The position numbers were made by a program, and so were the translations under genes. Positions 52,316 to 64,000 of a stretch of 64,000 nt of DNA are shown piece after piece (the first letter of the stretch is position 1; every line of letters begins with the position of its first letter). The notes below the pieces were generated by a model. That model saw only the letters and a program-made list of their open reading frames with translations, had not been told where the DNA came from and did no database searches. Location: positions 62,001 to 126,000 of the forward strand of contig JAHLTZ010000021.1 in assembly GCA_025786725.1 (NCBI GenBank), written 5' to 3'. Source of the stretch: Syncephalis fuscata S228. Taxonomy: Eukaryota > Fungi > Zoopagomycota.

Positions 52316-55300
52316 AGTTTTGAAATAACAAAGCGGCCAATGATCGATAATTCTGCTCACTGGTTGATAATTGATGATTAGTTACGGCATAAACTTTTGT
52401 TTGTAAATAACAAAGTGCAGCTGTTTTGTCGCCCTTTCGACACATTTCAATAAAACTGTATATTATATATCAATATTACAATTAATAGTTGAATCAATCA
52501 TACATACCATTGTTGTCTTAGTAAATATTGTATTTGACGGGCCACTACCGGATAAGTTGATTGACTAGTTTGTACAAGTATTAAAGACCAATTAAACTAT
52601 ATCGCTGTCATATTAATTACCTATGAAGATGCAGTTCCCAAAGATCGTTTAATCGTTTTGCATCATCTTTATCAATGTTGGGATTACCGCCGAACATATA
52701 AAGGACCTACAAATAGAGGTCAACCTTTTGATTATCACCTTCCACTGTAATTACCTCGCCAATTGGATCATATACTGTTTGGAAGGCATAACGAGGCTGT
52801 GGTGCTAATGGTGATGCCGACTTGGTTGATGCATCGATAGTAATAGGATTATTATCGTAAACAGGCATCCATTTACCAGTAGCAACATTAAATATCCATA
52901 CTTCATTATAGGGAAAGTCAACCTCATGGTTAGATGATGGAGAAGTGGCTGAATGTCTAACAGTGTGATGTCGTAAATGATGTTGATGTTGATCACTATT
53001 TGTACTAGATGTACCGCTAATAGCTGATGAATTTGATACAGTTTCACGTCGATCCCACGTAAAACCGGTAATAAAATGAATTAATCCACGATCAACATCC
53101 ATAGTAATTCGTTGAGCAGCATTATCAAGAGGCCAGCTTGATTTGCTTAAACAATCACTTAGATCAATAATGGAATCGTGTTTGATATCATAGACTTGAA
53201 TCGATTTGCTGTATATTTATATGAATAAATATAATCAAGTGTTAATATATGGATATAAAGGTTTAAATCGTGTTACTTACATAAGTGAGGCACCACTACG
53301 TTGACCAGAAAACAAATAAAGCAGTTTATCTTTTGAATCCAGTGTTATCGAATGAGCCGATCGAGCCTTTAACCAGTCGCCATGTTGTACTTCTGATAAT
53401 GGTACATCATCACTGTAATAGATCACATTGTTATTGCTATTATATGATCATATAAGTATAGTTGTAATTGCTTACCATAGAATACGCCATTGATTCTGGC
53501 AAATGTTATAGGCATAAAGACCGGCATAAACCGGTAGACTAGAATTAGGCGGCAAAGGAGAGGAAGAAGCGGAGCGTACAATACGACCGCCAGATATATA
53601 CAGCATACGATCCTCTGTATCAATAATCATTTGATGATCATATAGTAGTGGAGGTCCTCCAGCTGCCTATAATCGATTGTTAGCTATTGTTATTATTGTT
53701 ACTGTTATTGTTATTAAATGGTAATTACTTGTGTATCTTTTTGAACACAACGCCATGTTCCAGATTTTATATTAAAGGCATACAAAATAGGCTGAACATC
53801 TGAAACGGTAATTGGCGTCTTTCTTTCAACAAATCGACCAAATACATATAATTCTTCAGCTAGTGCATCATAGGACATTTGATGGCAAGATGAAGGTGGC
53901 GGTCCATTATAACTATTGGCAACACCAGTATCTATTAATACTTGTTATTAGAATAAATAGTAACTTACTTGGAAGCTTGCATATGTATCAAGGTCCAACT
54001 ATGAGTCTTGATGTTATAATACCATAAATCATTAAGATTCTGAGTACCATCCCATCCTCCAAATAGATAGATTAATCGACGCTGATACAAAAGAGTTAGA
54101 AACGTGTAATACCAAGTATTAGACTAGTTAGTTGTATCACCTTAACATCAATACACATTTGATGTCCACCGCGGGCACATGGTATAGTGTTATCAGCTAT
54201 AATAAAGCATTAATATGGAACAGCTACACTAGATCGATTATATTACCAGATCGATTCTTTTGTAAACATGTCCATTCCGAGTAATAAGTGACGGGTAACT
54301 TTTCCGGTTTCCTTTTGTCTAACAAGTCAAGTACGATTTGTTCGGCCATTACCCAATCTCCTTTAACCACCTAGTTGATTATAAATACCAATTATATTAA
54401 TTAACAAGTTAGCTGCTATATTAAATGGTTATTTATTCTATTAATTTACCATTGCCTTATAGAAAGCGGAAAAGTCTGGTTCACTCAGTTTAATAGTGGA
54501 TTCGGTTAATAAAGTGTTGAATGATTGCTTAAAGCCTCGTTTCTGTAAATATCTTAGACATATTCGAGTTGCTTCTTCTTCACATGCCTAGTTTAATTGA
54601 ATGTTAATATCGTTAGATAGTATACTTGATGACTGACCTGTCGATAGTCTTGTTGTATTGAATGTATATAATCTGGTTGATCAATACCATGCAGTGCAAT
54701 ATACCAAATACTTAGGCTAGCACCAGGTCCCCATGCTGTAACTGGCTCAATACGAATATAACGACATGGCAATAGATAGGCGGCAGGCATATTCTCATCA
54801 ATCTCCTCGTCTTTGCCATCCTCGGCACGATTACGACCAATTCGAACACGATACCGTAACCGAAATGTTTCAGTACCGTGTCATTACGTAATCCTACGCA
54901 TTATATCGTGTCATTTATTTTGTACGATTAATCTGAATCTACTTACCATCATGCAGTAGCAGAGGCATATAATCACGAGTAGGACCACCATAAACACGAA
55001 ACTCTCTCAAATTACATATATGTTCTAATGAAGTCGTAGGATGTGACGATGTTGTTGGCCGAGTCAATGCAGGAGAAGATAAACGATGGGTATGCGTTCG
55101 TTCAGTAGAAATACCATTTGGTATAGGCGGTATTAGTGTATCAATAGGATCCAATGTATCCGCATTCGTATCAGATGAGGAAGCAGTTGTCGTACGATTA
55201 TTATTGTTATCGTTATTAATATTAGTATTATTGGTTATTACATTAATAGGTGGCAATAAAGGTACATGAACATCATTATTAGTGTCATCGTTGTTATTAG

Positions 55301-55510
55301 TGGTAGCAGCAGTAGTGGTAGCAGTGGTAGTAGGACCGGCAATTGTATTACGCCATAAAGCATCAAGATCAGAGTCCAAATTAGCCGGAATGTTATTACC
55401 CGTAATGACAACACCATTTCGACGATTTTCACGACGCGTTGGCATATTAGATCGTCGTACCCAGCGTTGACGTTGTGATGGTCGTTGTTGTTGTTGTCGA
55501 CGACGTGTTG

Positions 55511-55546
<36 letters not shown>

Positions 55547-56241
55547 GTGTTGTATTTAACGTATTGATGACCGGAGTGAATTCAGATGATGTATTAATAG
55601 TACGCAGTGATTGGATTAATGATTGCAAAGAAGCAATGGATTCAGGTGACAGTGAAGTATTGGTGGATCGACCATATCATCCGAGTCGTAGTATTCCGTT
55701 TCATAAGTGGCCGTCACATCGTTGGCGTCATTTGATAGATTAATAAATGACAGGTTAGCAAAGTTGGATGGATTATTAGTGGTTGGATTAGCAGTAGTGG
55801 TTATAGTATCAATTTCAGAAGAGGCAGATAAAGAGGATATAGGAGAAGTAGAAGCAGAAACTTTGCAACGGTTAGTGTAGAATAATTATAGTCAGTTTAC
55901 ACGGTTACCTTTTTTATGTTTGCCAAAAGTGATTGAATCTAAATGTGAAATGTTAATGTTGTAAGTCTATAATTTATGTAATTAAAGCCTATTAATAAAT
56001 AAGGATACAAATGACAGCAGGCCGATCTAAACGTAATGTGATATGACGTTGACCTCGTGTAATATCTTGTTGCAGGTTAATATCCCGTGGTAATGAACAA
56101 TTATCGATGTCGATATCATCACTGCCAAACATTAAATTGTTACGATAATCTGCTTCAGTTGAAGGTGTTGCTATTCTGTTTGTATTAGCTGTATCGACTG
56201 TTGTTGTTACTTCTGTTGTTGTTGTTGTTGTTGCTTGATTT

Positions 56242-56273
<32 letters not shown>

Positions 56274-56684
56274 GTCATCTTCATCATCTTCATCGGTTGA
56301 TGTTGGAGTGGCCAATACCGCTGTATTGCTATTTGCACGACTATTGATATTGCTACCACTCCGAGTAGAATATGCTTGTGGTAAGTTTGGCTGATCGGTT
56401 GAAATACACGGTCGACTCGACATGGATTGTCTATGAGCCGGTATTGACCATCGTGATGCTTCATTATCAATATCATTGATCATAACATTCTCTGGACGAT
56501 ATTCAAGTGTATAGTCTGATGCTCCATCAATACTGTAGGGCAGGCGTACAATTCGCCCTGGCAATTGTGGTAGTCGACAGGCTAATGACGGGAGGCGAAG
56601 AGTATATTGTTTATGTAACAATGTACTCTCTCCTTCTTCTTCAGTCTTATCAGATTGCCTATGTTCAGACGCTGCGTCCGACAT
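52097..56684 (-). CDS. MKLN1: Muskelin (discoidin-LisH-kelch; CTLH/GID E3 subunit) with large low-complexity inserts; apparent -1 indels at ~55665 and ~54877
   Basis: YRPENVMIND..SRWS, HITLRLDRPAVI, ITFGKHKK, HICNLREFRVYGG, GLRND, CRYIRIEPVTAWG..SIWYIALHG, RICLRYLQKRG, PCARGGHQMCID, GGWDG, GGPPLLYDHQM, PRYAFQTVYD, DLVELVPLC*. Confidence 0.9.
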
Positions 56685-57929
56685 TCTGCCCTGTATACGC
56701 TGGTCTTATACCTTTACTGACCTGTAGACCAACAAGTATTATGGCAATACTATGGCAATAACAACAATTACGCTTAGTAGTGACTGTGTCTGTCTGTCTG
56801 TATATATATATGTATGGCGAGGATATTCTATAGTGATGGTAGCAACAGCAGTAATAACAGAGGTAAAGAGTAGACAACTATATACGCTCAATATACGCAG
56901 ACACTAATATGCTCGTGTTTAGTAACAGTAGAATGACGAAGGAACAAGTTGTGTGCATACGTGAAACGCGCGTTCACTTAATGGCAAAGGCAACGATATT
57001 ATTAATGAAATAAAACTGTTGTACTCACATGCAAATGCCCCTCAATTGGCTATTACGGTTGTTATTGTTGTTGTTGTTATTAATATTATTTTGTTGCTAT
57101 TAAGGTAACTAACGAATAAGTATTTTAATTGATTGAATTAAATTAAACACTATTTGATTCAGTTATTAACGATACAAATATAAAAAGTGCTAGTTATAGT
57201 AGAAATCATGTTGTAAATGATATATAATTATTTGGATAAGTTAATTACCACGGTGTTGATGATGACGCGTGTAACACATTAAAATTACACAGAACCATGA
57301 TAATTCTATTGTCAGTATGTTTATCATTATTTCTGAGATTCAATTGGTTATAGATATCAAATAATAGATTGCTAGAATGCTAAGATTGTATATTTACTAC
57401 CAATATGGTTGTCTTTATTTTATTGCGATAACTCGTATCAACTGATTACTAATAAAATCTACACTATTATAATAACGCTGATTATAGATGCTTTTACGCT
57501 TATAGCCAGTAAGCAGCACAATCTATTATCCAGTTTATTGTATAATTAGTATATCACTTGGCTGTTTCGTATACCAATCTTAAAGCTAAAAGAGTAAAAT
57601 ACTATAGATTTAGTTGTCGATTTACCAGTATTACAGATGAATGCAGTGTGTTTTGCATGTTGATTGTTAGTCGGCTTTTCTGACACATCATTTCTCATAG
57701 TTTTAGAGACTCTACTTGCTAATAGGCTATTAACGTTTCAAAAAACAATGCGCTATTGTACTCCGATAATATTTGGCAATCAATGAACATATTTAGTCAA
57801 GATTTATGTAAATGTTTATTTTTTAAGTATGCCTATTTTGCGATCTGTCAAAGTCGTAAAAATAAAACCCGAGAAAATTGCTTGTATATTCGGATATGCA
57901 TGAAAATATGTATAAATAATATTGTTATT

Positions 57930-58580
57930 TTATGGATTGCAAATTCTACAACCCAGGCTGATTTTTTTTCCTTTTTCTTTGTGTGTGTTATGTTTGTATA
58001 TATCGCTTAAAACGCCAACTGTATCTTCTATAACCATGCTAGTGACGGTTATAGTCTTCTCAATAGTTATCGTACTTATGGCCTCGGCAGGTTTTCCACT
58101 CTTCACGATAATTTTTGCTGCTTTTTCGTTGCATGCCTTTGTTCCAGCCTTGGCTGCAACCTCAACCACCTTGCCCATAACTCCGCTGATAGCTATCTCG
58201 GCCCAGCGTTCCTCTAAAGACTCCATAGCTTCTATTGTAGCTTGGTCATTGGTTTTGGTTTGAAATCTTCTGGCTGTAATAAAAATGCTGATGCTGATGA
58301 TCATTGATGGGGTAGTGTAGGCAGCAATTACACTGCCAACCGCGGCATCGTATCCACAGTCTGCTATAAATCTAAATAATTCTTTTGAATAATCATTGTC
58401 GGCTACTTCTTGTGCGCTTCTTGCAGCTATAGAAACGGTGGTTCCTATAATCAAAGCTAGCAAAGATCCAGCATATATGGATACTACGATCCCAATGACT
58501 AGCTTGCTTATGTATAGAACGCGTGTATAGAATTCATTTTGTTGGTTAATAGTGGGGCTTTTTGATGTGTCGCGTTCCAT
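57930..58580 (-). CDS. Orphan membrane protein (2-3 hydrophobic segments), intronless
   Basis: 216-aa ATG ORF in AT-rich DNA, hydrophobic stretches (LVIGIVVSIYAGSLLALIIG, MIISISIFITA), TATA-like TATATAAA ~110 bp upstream; C-terminus may be affected by an A8 run. Confidence 0.6.
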   Translation of the reverse strand: MERDTSKSPTINQQNEFYTRVLYISKLVIGIVVSIYAGSLLALIIGTTVSIAARSAQEVADNDYSKELFRFIADCGYDAAVGSVIAAYTTPSMIISISIFITARRFQTKTNDQATIEAMESLEERWAEIAISGVMGKVVEVAAKAGTKACNEKAAKIIVKSGKPAEAISTITIEKTITVTSMVIEDTVGVLSDIYKHNTHKEKGKKISLGCRICNP

Positions 58581-60776
58581 TATGTTAGGAATATGCTAAT
58601 GGTACTGTCTAGCAGTATAATGGATAACATTAAAAATCGTTGCTGATGGTAGTGTAGTAAATTTCGCAAAATTTTCATGAGTGTCTATCATTTATATAGT
58701 GACCTAACAGTCCACGGGCCTTCTTCCTGTAACTGTCCGACATAATGCAAGAGATTAGACGGTTACACACAATCATTTATATATTCAAATAAGCATGGAG
58801 ATTTTCAAACTGTTATTAAAAGGAGTAAAAATATCATGCTTAGACAACCACTAATAGGCAGCCGAAACTTTAAGGTCGTCATTTTACTTCGTTTTTTTGT
58901 TGTAACATCAGATTGAAACACTGAGCTACCAACCGTTTTGAATGTCCACGTGCTTAATTAACATACATTGGTTGAATATCCTTATCGTATTTGTTCTCTA
59001 ACAGGTATACAAAACGACCTTTTGTAAATGCTGATCGGACATTGAATTATGCGCTATATTCATAATTGAAGCAATTTATGTAATAAGTATTAGGCATAGG
59101 TAAAAGGGGTTGTTATTTGATACATTTCAAAACAATAATCATCAATATATTTGGTTGGTTATTGTAATTATACACAATACCATACTAGCCAACTGGATTT
59201 GTTTCAGGAATGAATGATTTTAAACCGTATTAAAGGTATCCATAACAATGTTTACATGGCTTGTAGGAGTATACCAAATAAACCTTGATTAACCATATAG
59301 ATTTAAAGTATTTTTTACGAAGCAAAGAAAAACAAACATCTAGGCTATATAAAATGCCAATGTTTTGTAATTCTGAATATACCAACAATCCCTGTAACAA
59401 TAGCCCCATCATCAAACTGAGCACACAAGTGGGTCCATTGTGTTGTTTTATGGTTTAGAGAACTAAGACTGGTTTACACACAACACCACGTATTTGTACA
59501 AAAATACCAGTTTGATATACTACGGTACTACAATAAAATTGATACCCTTTGTTTGGGACGCAGATATTACCCTTGAAATCTTGGAGAGAGAAAGGCAACA
59601 GTACTACCGTCACTGTTACTATAAAGCCAATGGGTTCATTAACATGAAATTAACAAGGCAGTGCAAAATAGTATGTTTACTTATAGCCAATATGGCTTTA
59701 TAATTTAGATATTACACTATCCATATAGATGACAAACAAACTAGAGCAAGGAACTAGTCTACACAATAACATGCCATTCATTTATTAATGTGTACACGCC
59801 TCAAACCATCGCGTGTATCTATAACTATTGAATTATATTGATATTAACTATATAGCTCATAAAGTACACCTATTGGTATCTCAACTTGTGACAGTACATT
59901 TTGTTATTTTTATAATAAATGAGCAATCTATCGCAGCCTTGAACAAAATAATATTAATATTAAATATAGGTTATATTATTAACAACGCTGTTGATACTTA
60001 TGCGACAAATAATTTATATGAAAATACAATTTATGTCAGTTATATTACAGCGATAATATTGTTTTTTCATTTATTTATTTAAAAACTCAATGTCTACAAA
60101 TTATACTAAATACAATGTTCATCAATTTCATTAATGGCCAAGATGTTTTTGTTTGTTTATTGACATTGTATCTAGATTTTAATAGGTAGCAATCAATATC
60201 AGTCTGTAGAGCCATGGAAATTGTAATTAATACGATAAAAGCTATTGCTATTATAATATACATATTCTCAAAGTGTTTGTAAAATCTGTTTAGTTTTATT
60301 TGTGCTATAGTTTGCGATAAAAGCAAAGCAATAGTTTAATACTAAATATCATTGATTGTCAATGTACTGATACGGCATATGGCTATGTCAACTTTAATAT
60401 TCTTTTACTTTTGGCATTCTAGCAAATACAGTTGATGGTCTTAATGTATTTTTAATAAGAATTCGCCTCTACAGTTGTTCATACAGCTATCTACGATATT
60501 GCTCCCACGATAATACTGCCAATTAAGGTGGGGAATGAAAAGACCTTTTCTGTCATGTTTACTTAAATTATTTTTCCACGTTATGATATCCACGCCACTT
60601 TGCTGCTTTTGAATTTATGGCCTGGTCTTTTTACAAACCATAATGCCATCACGGACAACGTCATTAATGACTGATATGCCTTATAAACTAACTATAAGTT
60701 GGTGTCAATAAACAATATACAAACTGCAATGATGTCATCACTATAAGTCGAATCGCTAAAATTAGGGCCAAAGGAG

Positions 60777-60915
60777 TGCTGACTCATCTTTCTCCAAAGC
60801 TCATGTGGTGCTCATGAAAGCAGTCAAAGCTCAGATGACAATTGGCCCACACCACCCAGTGGCATTTTTAGCAACGTGGGTCGTTTCCATTACTCATCTG
60901 CTTGGAATATAAATA
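60777..60915 (+). promoter_or_regulatory. GST promoter: bZIP sites (TGCTGACTCAT 60777-60787, TTACTCA 60890-60896) and TATA box (60908-60915)
   Basis: Motifs read directly 140-280 bp upstream of the GST ATG; function inferred. Confidence 0.45.
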
Positions 60916-61052
60916 GGGCGTGTTTATTGCGTTGATTCAAGCAATACTCATCATCAGCACCACACTCATCAGCTTCCAGGCTAGTTTACTATTCTCATCA
61001 GCACAACAACAGTGTCTTCGGTCGAATTCAAACTATTTCCAAGCAACCAACC

Positions 61053-61715
61053 ATGACTATCACAAGCAAGCCTGTCGTCACTTACTTCGAGTTGGACGTC
61101 CAAGGTCTTGGAGGTGCCATCTACATATTATTGTCCGATGCCGAGGTTGACTTTGAAAAGAAGACTTTCCCCATGGGCGAATGGATTCCAGTTAAGGAGA
61201 AGCTTATTGCTACAGGTGCATCGCCCAACGGTACTGTGCCAGTCCTAGAACTTGATGGCAAGACTTACGTCCATCAGCTGCCAATTCTACGTCTGCTTTC
61301 TCATCGCCTAGGTAAGTGTGAATGTGATGCTGCTAAACTATACATTTGTACTAATATCGTCTGCAGGCAAATACAACGGTAAAGACATCGAGGAAGCTTA
61401 TGAAATTGATTCATTCGCCGATTTGCTTGTCGATTTCTTTAAGGCATGGGCCACAAGTAACTGGGGTGATGATGCCGCAAAGAAGACATTTGCTGTAGAG
61501 AAAGAGCCCAGATATCTTGCTGGCGTTGAGCGTTTCTTGGCAAGCACAACGGTCCCTACATTTTGGGTAACGAGCCATCCTACGCCGACTTCAAGCTTTT
61601 ATCCGTTCTACTGGATACCAAGTCAGATCTCAGCAGCTATCCACACATCAAGACGTTCTCGGAAGCCATCCGTAGCCGCCCTGGCGTTCAGAAATACTTG
61701 AGCACATTAGCATAA
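61053..61715 (+). CDS. Glutathione S-transferase, 2 exons (intron 61312-61366); one apparent -1 indel at ~61541
   Basis: VVTYFELDVQGLG, SPNGTVPVLELDGK..QLPILRLL, YNGKDIEEAYEIDSFAD; repaired C-terminus GPYILGNEPSYADF..YPHIKTF..RSRPGVQKYL. Confidence 0.92.
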
Positions 61716-64000
61716 ACGTTCATGCATTGTTATTGTTTTTTATCAACATGCTGACAATGTCTTTGCCATCATCAATACAATAAAATACTGTTATTACTTT
61801 GATAATGATGGACAGCCAATGGGAAGATGTATGTGATTACAATAGCTTACATGAAGCAATATATTCTATCAAATGTATATATTACAACATGATGGATTTG
61901 GCATATTTCAATGCTATGCATACTACACTGCTTTGTAAATTAAATTCTGTTGTTAACATAATCATATCAAATCTACTTTATCTGTCTGTAGCAATGATTT
62001 TACTAAAACTATTGTTATTATAATGCTAATCGTTAAACAGAATGCTATTCATATATAAAGATTCAGTTTATTTTCTATATATTTAATCAAATAACTTTCA
62101 TATATATATACCTTTGATAATGCTATAAAATGTGTATTATTATAATAAAGAGCACTATTCAAGCTTGATTATGTTTTATTCTATACTTTATCATAGTGAC
62201 AATCAATGACCACGTATCTTCAAGATTACATTTTATTTGAGTTCTCCTATCTTCGAATGAGTTGATTTTAAGTACTTCACACTGGAACCTCTGTCTTTAA
62301 ATGCTATTCAATGAAGAATACCATCTCAAAAGCGTGCAATTATGAAATTAACAAACTGTACACAAATATTAATTTAATCTTTACAAAATAATACTAAACT
62401 AAACAGTCAAGCTATATAAAAGCCGCCTTTTCTGTATTTTTGAGTATACTAGTGATTTATGTAACAGTAGTATCAACATCGAATTGAGTATATACATGGA
62501 TCATTTAGTATATTATAAAGCTCATAAAAATAGGCTGGTCTATGTATAACAATAAAATATGTACAAAAATATTAATAAAATGCATCAAAGCTGTTGTTGC
62601 ATTGCTGCTATGCGTTGTTTAGTATGTATACAATATTGAGGACTGTGTCAATTTTAAAAAAATCATAGGTTTACTACTATAAGCTTGCGCAGTTGAATAG
62701 GGGCAACTAGATGCAATTTTGTTGGCAAAATAATGCTTTTATTGATTAAAGACTGGATAAATCAAAGCATTAGCCAAAACTTGATATATAGATAGATTGG
62801 ACGGCGTAGTTTTCAGATGGTCTTGCTTTTCACCGAATATATACCTATAGTGTATTAGAATAGTGGTTTGATTGCACTACCAATGCCGATGTCTTGAAAC
62901 CATCGATTATTCTGTATTTACAAATAAAGATATTATATATCGTATAATTAATGTATAGCCAGTTAATACACCATGCTACTTACTGCCTATATTAAGTTGT
63001 TGATAGATAGAAATATGGTATGTACTTAGCACATAGTTGATACAAATGTAATATCATTTATGCATTATTAATATTAAATCTTTAATACACACAGCAAAAA
63101 ACATATAGCCAAAAAGTAAGCAATTGATATATAGCACAACTTACCTCTTACCAATATAAATGATCAAAATACGTAGTAATGATGTATAATTAGTGCCTAT
63201 TCAATTAAGATAAAATGCTGCTTACAAGCTATCATGTTAATTTGTTGATGCACACAGTAGATAGTGGGCAATTAATGCATAGTTTATTATTATACAATGC
63301 AACCTACAATATAATATTGCCATTAATTGTATACAAACTAACTACGCACTATGCACTTTGCCTATTTATAATTATATAATAACCAATATAATTAATATAT
63401 AAGCACTAATAGTCTAATTGAACTACTAGTTTAATATATTTAGATATATATTAAGCGCAAAGTAAAATCACTCGACAGCTGCCGTTCAGTTCAGTTATAT
63501 ATTAAATTTTAGTCAGTCTTTCGGTTTACTCATCTTCTAATCAATGATATCATTATATCACCAGTAAGGCCAAACTTAGCTGTGTTTATTCAACTATGCA
63601 ATTTTTAGTAATAAATACATGGTTCCATATTAATTATATTTAATAAAGTTATTATATTTATGTATACATTTATTTGCATTCAACAAATAAGCATAATAGC
63701 ACTAAACTTTACAAGCGTGTTGTATTATGAGTATAAATTGATACAACTACAGCGATAATTTTATCTAAATAATTAAAAGTTAACTGCCCTAATAACTAAT
63801 TGTTTATTATATATGCAAATAGTGATTCAACTGTTTTAGAAAAAACTTTAGCTTTCTATACTAGTTGATTATAAACGATTTATTCCAAAGATATGCGTAC
63901 TTTGAACAAGTTTTGTGCTCATTTAAACAAACGCAGAATATACACCACTAATACAATCAGATATGCAAATTAATATTTTATATATGTATAAATTGCTGAA

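Noticed and set aside
61800-64000. Genes or RNA genes in the terminal 2.2 kb
   Set aside because: Very AT-rich with no credible ORF; no tRNA or rRNA signature recognised here or elsewhere in the window

Overview
Eukaryotic, AT-rich fungal DNA with many short (about 45-80 nt) spliceosomal introns. Gene content (PDRG1, CCDC43, muskelin, PI31) and style suggest an early-diverging fungus, possibly a Syncephalis-like zoopagomycete; this is an inference. Two compact blocks hold conserved genes: ADE6, CSN6, PDRG1, CCDC43, PAH1/lipin, an EDEM-type GH47 and APT1 (1-14.3 kb), then a giant RIM15, DOM34 and muskelin (37-57 kb). Between them is a looser accessory region (14.5-35.5 kb). It holds a ~3.06-kb near-identical inverted duplication, each arm carrying a secreted subtilisin-like gene whose catalytic His is replaced by Phe. 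The 8.7-kb spacer contains a protein kinase with a signal peptide, PI31 and an intronless acyl-CoA oxidase. A candidate Kex2-processed secreted peptide and two tandem orphan 7-TM receptor-like genes follow. A third, decayed subtilisin fragment lies at ~49.7-50.1 kb and a GST at 61 kb. The best candidate for an undescribed system is this putative effector/sensing cluster (secreted kinase, pseudo-protease pair, peptide, orphan GPCR-like pair). Caveat: single-base indels, mostly in homopolymers, interrupt many conserved genes, so most frameshifts here are probably consensus errors. All gene models were built by eye, without database searches.
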